From Spartobacteria bacterium (GTDB taxonomy: Bacteria > Verrucomicrobiota > Verrucomicrobiia > Chthoniobacterales > UBA6821): a DNA stretch of 53,387 nucleotides. Where the stretch lies: assembly GCA_947466005.1 (NCBI GenBank), contig CANIBV010000003.1:1-53387 (forward strand), read 5' to 3'. This document shows positions 46,598-53,387 of this stretch, piece after piece. The stretch's first letter is position 1; each line of letters starts with the position of its first letter. The notes beneath the pieces are model-generated. The model saw nothing but the letters and a program-made list of their open reading frames with translations, ran no database searches and had not been told where the DNA came from. The position numbers and the translations under genes are program-made.

Positions 46598-47389
46598 TTA
46601 GGATACCTCTTTCTCATATTTCCGGCTGTATCGCACGAAGACGGAGAAGGAGGTTGCGTAGGCGATCCAGAACCCGGGAAATCCATCCAGAAAGCCGAGT
46701 CGCAGGAAGTAGGCGCGGACGAAGCGCCAGAGCGGGCGCAGGAGATTGGCAGAGAGAGACCAACTCTTACCCTGGAGATTCTGACGCTCGACAAACTCAT
46801 CGGCAAAGGGGCCGATCTTGTCGAGATAGCTCTGGATGGTCGGGTAGGAATCGTGATGCAGATCGCCGCGCAGGTGTTTCACAGCACCCTCCACGAGAAC
46901 GGTGTCATGAGCGGCATTTCCACCCATGCGAGCCTTCTCCCGACGGACAAGTCGCAGTTTGGCATCGGGATACCAGTCGCCGTGGGTGATCCAGCGTCCG
47001 AGGAAGCAGACCTTTCGGTTAAAGCGGCACCCATTGAACCACTCCACATCGCCGCTCCGAAAGAATTTCAAGATGGAGGCTTGGAGTTTCTCGGAGAGTT
47101 CCTCATCGCAGTCCAGCAGGAGCACCCAAGGCTGTGTGCAGTGGTCGATGGCGACCTGTTTTTGCGCCGAATGTCCGAGCCATGGTTGAGAGATGATCCG
47201 TGCTCCGGCCGCTTCCGCAAGCGCAACGGTTCCGTCAGTCGATCCGCTGTCCACCACGACGATCTCGCGAACAAGGCCTCGGGCGCTGGCGAGGCATTTT
47301 CCAATCCGGGATTGCTCGTTGAAGGAGGTGACCGCCAGCGATACAGGAGGAATGTCCAAGGCAGGAGGTGGGGATGAGGGGGTGTTCAT
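46598..47389 (-). CDS. Glycosyltransferase family 2 (WaaE/KdtX-like)
   Basis: VVDSGSTDGT, WVLLLDCDE, WYPD..LRL, LGFLDG..G. Confidence 0.88.
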   Translation of the reverse strand: MNTPSSPPPALDIPPVSLAVTSFNEQSRIGKCLASARGLVREIVVVDSGSTDGTVALAEAAGARIISQPWLGHSAQKQVAIDHCTQPWVLLLDCDEELSEKLQASILKFFRSGDVEWFNGCRFNRKVCFLGRWITHGDWYPDAKLRLVRREKARMGGNAAHDTVLVEGAVKHLRGDLHHDSYPTIQSYLDKIGPFADEFVERQNLQGKSWSLSANLLRPLWRFVRAYFLRLGFLDGFPGFWIAYATSFSVFVRYSRKYEKEVS

Positions 47390-48207
47390 GACTGCTTCCC
47401 TTCGGCCTTTCCCTCTTGCTTTGCCTGATCCCAGAGCGTGTTCATTTCGGCGAGGGTCAGATCCGCGAAGGATTTTTCAGAGGGGGCGGCGGATTCCATG
47501 AAGGCAAAGCGTTTCATGAACTTGTCGGTTGCCGATTGCAGCGCTGACTCCGAATCAATGGAGAGCGCCCGCGAGAGATTGACGACGGCAAAGAGAAGGT
47601 CGCCCACCTCTTCGGTAAGTCGTTCCTGCGTGCCCGGTTTTCCGATGTCACCGAGTTCGGCTTCCACTTCCGCGATTTCCTCCCGGATCTTCTCCACGAC
47701 ATCCGCCGGCCGTTCCCAGTCGAATCTTACCTTGGCTGCCTTTTTTTGGATTTTCTGAGCACGTACCAATCCCGGAAAAGCTCTGGCCACCCCGTCCAGC
47801 AGGGAGGTTGGAGTGTTCTCTTCCACTCCCTTGGCGGCCCGCTCGGCTCGCTTGATCTCTTCCCACTGGGCCAAGACAGCCTCGCTGCTGTCGGCCGATG
47901 AACCGGCAAAGACATGGGGGTGGCGGCGGATAAGTTTTTCCGAGGCAGTGGTGGCGATGGCATCGAGCGTGAAGCTGTTCTGCTCGGAGGCGATTTCGGC
48001 CTGCATGAGGATGTTAATGAGGAGGTCGCCCAACTCCTCCTGAAGATCGGAGGTGTGTTCCCGCTCGATGGCATCGACAACTTCATAGGCCTCCTCCACG
48101 AGAGAGGGGCGAAGCGAGGAGGCTGTCTGCTCCCGATCCCAAGGGCAGCCGCCGGGAGCCCTCAGGCGCGCGATGATCCCCCGGAGTTGATCGACGCTTT
48201 GGCTCAT
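47386..48207 (-). CDS. mazG: Nucleoside triphosphate pyrophosphohydrolase MazG
   Basis: LRAPGGCPWDREQT, EEAYEV, EELGDLL, KLIRRHPHVF, EEVGDLLF. Confidence 0.95.
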   Translation of the reverse strand: MSQSVDQLRGIIARLRAPGGCPWDREQTASSLRPSLVEEAYEVVDAIEREHTSDLQEELGDLLINILMQAEIASEQNSFTLDAIATTASEKLIRRHPHVFAGSSADSSEAVLAQWEEIKRAERAAKGVEENTPTSLLDGVARAFPGLVRAQKIQKKAAKVRFDWERPADVVEKIREEIAEVEAELGDIGKPGTQERLTEEVGDLLFAVVNLSRALSIDSESALQSATDKFMKRFAFMESAAPSEKSFADLTLAEMNTLWDQAKQEGKAEGKQS

Positions 48208-48227
48208 GTGAAAATAAAGGGGGGCTT

Positions 48228-49142
48228 CTAGCTCGATGATCCCCCACTCCGCTGCAGGATCGCCTGGCGGGCCTGCTCCAGGGAGGAACGCTCCGCCTCA
48301 CTCAGGCTATTGATTCCATGATGGCTGATCTTTTCCAGCAAGCGGTCCATCTCCACCTCCGGGTCCACAAAGGGAACGGATGGCCTCTTGGAATTCTTCC
48401 CCTCCGATGCATCGGACTTTGCCTTCGCCCTTGCCGCCGCCGCGATCCCTCCGGACATCGCTGAGAATCGGGGGGTGCGCTTTCCCAAGCCCGGAAGAGA
48501 CCAGCGGAAGGCGAGGCCGAACATCGGCTCCTCAAATCCCGCACGACGCATCAGGTGGACCGCCAGAACGCAGGAGGAGATCAGGACAAGGACCCTAGGT
48601 GGTTGATGGTCGGCAAGCAGTTGAAGCGAGGAGATGGCAAGCAGTCCCACGAAGACCCAGCGGGCAGCCATGCCAAAAAAGAACTGGGCGCCCGGATGCA
48701 TTGCGACAAAGGCCGCAAAGACAGCGAAATTCACCTCTTGGGCACCGGTCAGGGTCTGGGAAATTCCGGCATAGCCGAAGGCTTGGAGAAGCAGAGGTCC
48801 CAGTAAGATGAGTCCAGTGTAGAGAATGGCAAAGCGCTTCCATCCCAGGCCGTTCTCCACCTCCTTGCCAAAGTAGTAGAGCATCACCATCTCGAAGAGG
48901 AACCAGACCGAAGGACCGGCCACGAAGGCATAGGTGACAAGGCGCCAGACCTGGCCATGAGCCACCGCGGCGCTGCTGTAAGCAAGGGAATCAAGCAACG
49001 CGCCGTGACCGGATGCAAGCAAAAGGGTTGCGGTCACCATCGCTCCACTGTGCAGGGCAACCAGCAGGGTGATCAGGCGGATGGGGAATTCCCCAAGATG
49101 AAAAAGGGGTTCTTCCTCCCCGGCGCGAAAGACTGCAGACAT
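48228..49142 (-). CDS. Rhomboid-like membrane protein with a C-terminal helical domain (DUF6576-like)
   Basis: GQVWRLVTY, FGKEVE..LG...F, C-terminal MDRLLEKISHHGINSLSEAER; start taken at the ATG at 49142. Confidence 0.8.
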   Translation of the reverse strand: MSAVFRAGEEEPLFHLGEFPIRLITLLVALHSGAMVTATLLLASGHGALLDSLAYSSAAVAHGQVWRLVTYAFVAGPSVWFLFEMVMLYYFGKEVENGLGWKRFAILYTGLILLGPLLLQAFGYAGISQTLTGAQEVNFAVFAAFVAMHPGAQFFFGMAARWVFVGLLAISSLQLLADHQPPRVLVLISSCVLAVHLMRRAGFEEPMFGLAFRWSLPGLGKRTPRFSAMSGGIAAAARAKAKSDASEGKNSKRPSVPFVDPEVEMDRLLEKISHHGINSLSEAERSSLEQARQAILQRSGGSSS

Positions 49143-49266
49143 CCCGTCATGATAGGGGGCACTGGAAAAATCGCAATGCGCCTGTGCGCCTGTGATCTCC
49201 TGCGATACGGAAATGAGGCGCGTGCCTCCAGCCCCAAGCCGCTGTGCCCTATTCTTACTGAATACC

Positions 49267-49431
49267 ATGCAGGCCCGGGATATCACCCACCCTTCCGATC
49301 GCCTCATCTCGGCGATGGAATGCATCTACTCGCACAAGATGACGGCGACTTCGGGAGGGAACCTCTCGAGCCTCGACGAGGAAGGCTCCAGCTGGATCAC
49401 GCAGTCCATGATCGCACGGCAGGAGGAATGA
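49267..49431 (+). pseudogene. 5' fragment of a class II aldolase/adducin-family gene
   Basis: HPSDRLISAMECIYSHKMTATSGGNLSSLDEEGSSWITQS carries the GGNLS...WIT motif but stops after 54 codons. Confidence 0.6.
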
Positions 49432-49498
49432 CTGGCCGGCTCTTATCGAGTCACCAGGGAAGCCGTGGCTGCGTGGCCCGCCTCACGCCGCCCTAATA

Positions 49499-49670
49499 GG
49501 CGCAGAGATTTTAGAGGCAGAGCAAGGCGTGAGAACGAAGCCGTATCGATGAATACGGCGAGTGAATACCGGGCCGTGGGAACGGCCGGGATAGCCTTCA
49601 CGAAGTATAGCCCGCAAGGGCGCTACTCACGGGCGTGAGAGCGGCAACAGCAAAAACGCGCGGCACAAAA
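49499..49670 (+). repeat. Structured palindromic repeat, copy 2 (with extra internal hairpins)
   Basis: The first ~47 nt align with the reverse complement of the right end of 28958-29054; hairpin GCCGTAT-N6-ATACGGC. Confidence 0.65.
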
Positions 49671-49756
49671 CACCTTCAACGGGCGGGAGTAGGTTGAATC
49701 GCCGAAGGCTACCGAAAGGGCGAGCAGCGTGGGCACGCCCGAGTTCAATTCCAAGC

Positions 49757-51058
49757 CTACAAAAGCAATAGAGCAGGGGACTCGAGCAGCTTGCGAAGGG
49801 CGGACATATACTCCGCTGCCACCGCCCCATCCACCACCCGATGGTCGCCGCTGAGAGTAATGCTCATCCTGTGGCCGATCTCGATCTCGTCACGGCTATT
49901 CACGACGGGCTTCTTGACGATGGCTCCGACGGCCAGGATCGCGGCCTGGGGAGGATTCACGATGGCGCAGAACTGCTCGATGCCATAAGAGCCGAGGTTG
50001 GAGACGGTGATGGTGCCTCCGGCATATTCGTCGGGCTTGAGCTTCTTGTCACGGGCGCGGGTCGCGAGATCCTTCACTGCGGCGCTGATTTCCTTGAGAG
50101 AAAGCTTCTGGGCGTCGCGGATAACGGGGGTGACAAGGCCATCCTCGACGGCGATCGCCACGGAGAGATTTACACTGCCGTACTCGATGATGGCGTCACC
50201 GGCGAAGGCGGCGTTGACCTTCGGTTTCTGCATGGCGGCGCGGGCCACGGCAGAGAGGGCGATATCGTTGAAGGTGATCTTGCCGCCACTGGCCTCAATG
50301 TATTCCTTGCGGAAGGCCATCATCGGTGCGGCGTCGATCTCAATGGAGAGATAGAAGTGCGGAATCTGGGTCTTGCTTGCCAGCAGTCGCTCGGCAATGA
50401 CGCGGCGCATACCGGAAAGAGGAACGCGGGTCTCGGGCATCCCGGCGATCGGGGTCGGGAGGATGGCGGCGACGGGTGAGGCACCCATCACGGGCGCGTT
50501 TGCGCCCCCTCCTACTGGAGCGTTCTCGACGTCAAAAGCAATGATGCGACCACCGGGGCCTGTGCCCTTGACGGCATCGAGTCGGACGCCGCGGGCATCG
50601 GCGATCTTGCGGGCAAGTGGTGAAGACTTGACCCTAATTCCGGCATTGATGTTACCGCCGGAAGCAGCTCCTCCTCCACCAGAGCGGAGAGCGGCGGCAC
50701 GAGCCCGGGGAGTGAGAGGACGGCCGGAAGAGATAGCGGGACGGAAGGTCGGGCCTTCAGCTGCAGCCGCAGCAGGAGCGGTGGGAGCAGGTGAGGCTTT
50801 CGGTTTGTCACCGGCTTTCTCCCCATCCTTCAGGACAAGGGCCAGCGCGGCGCCTACTAGGACCTTACCACCTTCTGGAACGAAAATATCGGCGAGCGTG
50901 CCCTCCTCAAAGGACTCCATCTCCATAGTTGCCTTGTCGGTCTCGACCTCTGCCAGAATGTCGCCTACTTCGATCTTGTCCCCCTTCTTCTTGTGCCAGC
51001 GCAGGAGGGTGCCCTCCGTCATGGTGTCGCTCAACTTGGGCATCGTGATCTCTGGCAT
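49757..51058 (-). CDS. pdhC: Pyruvate dehydrogenase E2 dihydrolipoamide acetyltransferase
   Basis: Lipoyl motif ETDKATME, E3-binding SSPLARKIA...GTGPGGRI, catalytic DHRVVDGA. Confidence 0.96.
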   Translation of the reverse strand: MPEITMPKLSDTMTEGTLLRWHKKKGDKIEVGDILAEVETDKATMEMESFEEGTLADIFVPEGGKVLVGAALALVLKDGEKAGDKPKASPAPTAPAAAAAEGPTFRPAISSGRPLTPRARAAALRSGGGGAASGGNINAGIRVKSSPLARKIADARGVRLDAVKGTGPGGRIIAFDVENAPVGGGANAPVMGASPVAAILPTPIAGMPETRVPLSGMRRVIAERLLASKTQIPHFYLSIEIDAAPMMAFRKEYIEASGGKITFNDIALSAVARAAMQKPKVNAAFAGDAIIEYGSVNLSVAIAVEDGLVTPVIRDAQKLSLKEISAAVKDLATRARDKKLKPDEYAGGTITVSNLGSYGIEQFCAIVNPPQAAILAVGAIVKKPVVNSRDEIEIGHRMSITLSGDHRVVDGAVAAEYMSALRKLLESPALLLL

Positions 51059-51112
51059 GGTCGTAGGAAGTGTGTTATGGGCTAAAAGTTTCGAGAATCG
51101 CCGGGGAAATTT

Positions 51113-51189
51113 TCCCGCAGAGGCGCAGAGGCGCAGAGGAATGAAGTTGAAGTTATTTTCCTCCTCCGCGACTCCGCGACTCCGCGTGA
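51113..51189. repeat. Imperfect inverted pair of family C 9-mer arms
   Basis: TCCCGCAGAGGCGCAGAGGCGCAGAGG and CCTCCGCGACTCCGCGACTCCGCGTGA. Confidence 0.8.
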
Positions 51190-51230
51190 GAACATGCAGT
51201 CTTGGAAGGCAATGCGGTTCATGGAATGTA

Positions 51231-52205
51231 TCAAAAAGAGGAGAGGACCTTGGCTACGACGGCATGGGCGTCGGGAAGCTGAAGCTTCTCGAGCGGCATG
51301 CTGTAGATGGCCGGAGCATCGAGAGCCGTGACTCGTAGGACTGGTGCATCCAGATCGTCGAAGGCGTGCTCGGCAAGGAGGGCCGCGATCTGCGCGCTGA
51401 CGCCGCAGAAGGGCTTGTTCTCGTCGACTAGGACGGCGCGGTGAGTCTTGGCTACGGAATTGAGGATGGTCTCTTCGTCCAGCGGACGGATGGAGCGCAG
51501 GTCGACGACCTCGGCTTCGATGCCATGTTCTGTCGCTAGGATCTCGGCGGCGGCAAGGCAGGTGAGGACGGCGCGGCCATGGGCGATGAGGGAGACATCA
51601 AGCCCCTCGCGCTTCACTTCGGCAACGCCGAGCGGGATGGTGTAGGAACCGTCCGGAACCTCGCCGAGGTCACCGTAGAGAAGGGTGTTCTCCATGAAGC
51701 AGACGGTGTCATTATCACGGATGGAAGCAATCATGAGGCCCTTCGCATCGTAGGGAGTGGCAGGACAGACGACCTTCAGGCCGGGGGTGTTCGCCAGGAA
51801 GTTCTCCGGGGTGTGGGAGTGGGTCGCACCGACATTCGTGCCGCCGTTGGCAGGACCACGGATGACCATCGGTACATTGATGAGTCCGCCCGACATGTAG
51901 CGGATGCAGCCGGCGTTATTGATGATCTGGTCGAAGCCGACATACGCAAAGCTCCAGAACATGAGCTCAACCACCGGACGCAGGCCCATCATGGCGGCTC
52001 CGACGCCTAGACCGAGGAAAGCGGCTTCGCTGATCGGCGTGTCGATGACGCGCTTGGAGCCGAAACGCTTCCAGAGACCCTCGGTGACCTTGTAGGCGCC
52101 GTTGTACTGGGCGACTTCCTCACCCATGAGGAAGACGTTCTCGTCGCGGGTGAGCTCCTCGGCGAACGCGTCGTTGAGAGCCTGGCGGTAAGTGATGAGA
52201 GGCAT
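51231..52205 (-). CDS. pdhB: Pyruvate dehydrogenase E1 beta subunit
   Basis: MGEEVAQYNGAYKVT, DTPISEA, GATHS, DLRSIRPLD. Confidence 0.95.
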   Translation of the reverse strand: MPLITYRQALNDAFAEELTRDENVFLMGEEVAQYNGAYKVTEGLWKRFGSKRVIDTPISEAAFLGLGVGAAMMGLRPVVELMFWSFAYVGFDQIINNAGCIRYMSGGLINVPMVIRGPANGGTNVGATHSHTPENFLANTPGLKVVCPATPYDAKGLMIASIRDNDTVCFMENTLLYGDLGEVPDGSYTIPLGVAEVKREGLDVSLIAHGRAVLTCLAAAEILATEHGIEAEVVDLRSIRPLDEETILNSVAKTHRAVLVDENKPFCGVSAQIAALLAEHAFDDLDAPVLRVTALDAPAIYSMPLEKLQLPDAHAVVAKVLSSF

Positions 52206-52311
52206 GCGGGAAGGTGTTTAGCGGTTTAGGCTGTAGGCTATTAGGCTAGAGAATGCCGCTTCGCGGTGCAGATCGAGGGAACCAGATGAAAAAAAGGCGT
52301 TCATGGCAGAC

Positions 52312-53373
52312 TTATTCGCTGAAGAAGTGACGGCCGGTCTGGCCGGCCTTGGTCTTGTGATCCACCTCGTGGTAGATATCCTCAAAGATGCTCTCCTCGG
52401 AGGGCCATGGGCTGGCGATACCAAACTCAGCCGCGGCAGCAGCTTCAGCCTTAACCTCGGCGTCGATTTTCTCGATCCCGGCCTGAGTGATCACCTTCTC
52501 GCTGAGAAGCTGGTTCTGCCAGAGAGTGATCGGGTCGTGCTCCATCTTGTAGAGATCGATTTCTTCGGGGGTGCGATACTTCTTGGTATTCGCATCAGCC
52601 ACGGAGTGGCCGTAGTAGCGGTAGGTAGAGACCTCAAGAACCATCGGCTTGGACTCGATGCGGGCACGCTCCATGGCGGCCCCGAGGCCGGCGCGCAGTT
52701 CGTAGAGGTTGAATCCCCCGCAGAGGGCCCAATCGACATCAAAGCCCTCGGCCCGCGAGGCAAGGGAGTGCCGGAGCGCAGAGGAGCGCTCAAGGCTGGT
52801 GCCCATGGAGTAGCCGTTGTTCTCGATGACATAGACGATCGGGAGATCCCAGAGAGCAGCGATATTCAGACACTCGCTGTAGACACCCTGGTTGACAGCA
52901 CCATCACCGAGGAAGGCCACGGCACAGCCTTTGACTCCTTTGTACTTGAGAGCGAAGGCCAGGCCGAGGCCAAGCGGGGTCTGGCCGGCGACGATGCCGT
53001 GGCCGCCCCAATAATGCTTGTCGGGAGCGAAGAAGTGCATCGACCCACCCTTGCCCTTGGAGCAGCCGGTTCCCTTTCCGAAGAGCTCGGCCATGCATTC
53101 GTTCATGCCCATGCCGACCGCCAGAGCGTGGCCGTGGTCGCGATAGGCGGTAATGATCTCGTCGTTACCATTCATCAAGGAAGCGGTGCCAACCGCAACC
53201 GACTCCTGGCCAATATAAAGGTGAAGGAAGCCTCCCATGATGCCCTGATTGTAGTATTTCAGAGCCTGCTGCTCAAAGCGGCGGATGCGGAGCATCTCGC
53301 GGAGGAAGTGGATCTTCTCGGCAGGCTTCAGAGAGGAGTTGAAGGGCGACTTGGAGAAATCGGAGGAAGTCAC
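52312..53373 (-). CDS. pdhA: Pyruvate dehydrogenase E1 alpha subunit
   Basis: GFLHLYIGQE, KGKGGSMH, TPP motif GDGAVNQG...ENN, YRYYGHSVAD. Confidence 0.96.
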   Translation of the reverse strand: MTSSDFSKSPFNSSLKPAEKIHFLREMLRIRRFEQQALKYYNQGIMGGFLHLYIGQESVAVGTASLMNGNDEIITAYRDHGHALAVGMGMNECMAELFGKGTGCSKGKGGSMHFFAPDKHYWGGHGIVAGQTPLGLGLAFALKYKGVKGCAVAFLGDGAVNQGVYSECLNIAALWDLPIVYVIENNGYSMGTSLERSSALRHSLASRAEGFDVDWALCGGFNLYELRAGLGAAMERARIESKPMVLEVSTYRYYGHSVADANTKKYRTPEEIDLYKMEHDPITLWQNQLLSEKVITQAGIEKIDAEVKAEAAAAAEFGIASPWPSEESIFEDIYHEVDHKTKAGQTGRHFFSE

Positions 53374-53387
53374 CTTGGGTGGGGCAG

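Noticed and set aside
1-53387. CRISPR array, rRNA, intact transposase or prophage
   Set aside because: No regularly spaced repeat-spacer array, cas, transposase or phage structural gene was recognised; the repeats seen are short tandem or inverted arms

Overview
This is a mostly housekeeping segment of a GC-rich bacterial chromosome. Gene content and protein style suggest Verrucomicrobia (inference). It very likely contains the replication origin. An AT-rich 418-bp gap upstream of mnmG/gidA holds DnaA boxes, DnaA-trio-like repeats and a parS site, and an identical parS lies inside the mnmG coding sequence. Core genes: secA, tadA, rpe, lpdA, mnmG, glnD, yicC-gmk-coaC, suhB-ispF-cysS, thyA-folA, hisI, mpl, a cysJ-like gene, trxB, a lolD-like gene, mazG, pdhABC, two GT9 and one GT2 glycosyltransferases, and tRNA-Arg(UCU). 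Accessory DNA: a lower-GC NgoMIV-like type II R-M cassette flanked by a putative HTH gene and a very acidic mini-protein, a probable integrase remnant beside the tRNA, and a class II aldolase fragment. The most unusual observations are four. (1) An ExbB/ExbD/TonB-like operon in which all three subunits deviate at canonical energy-coupling residues: ExbD lacks its TM Asp, ExbB gains an Asp, and the TonB-like protein has AxxxQ instead of SxxxH. It is flanked by a roadblock-domain gene and a Zn-ribbon gene. (2) Families of 7- and 9-bp-period repeats that form inverted pairs or sit in a fixed orientation just before start codons. (3) A structured repeat with compensatory base changes, and a candidate ~67-nt sRNA. 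(4) Extra DnaA-box clusters, one of them over the promoter of a histone-H1-like gene. No database searches were run; all family calls come from motif recognition.
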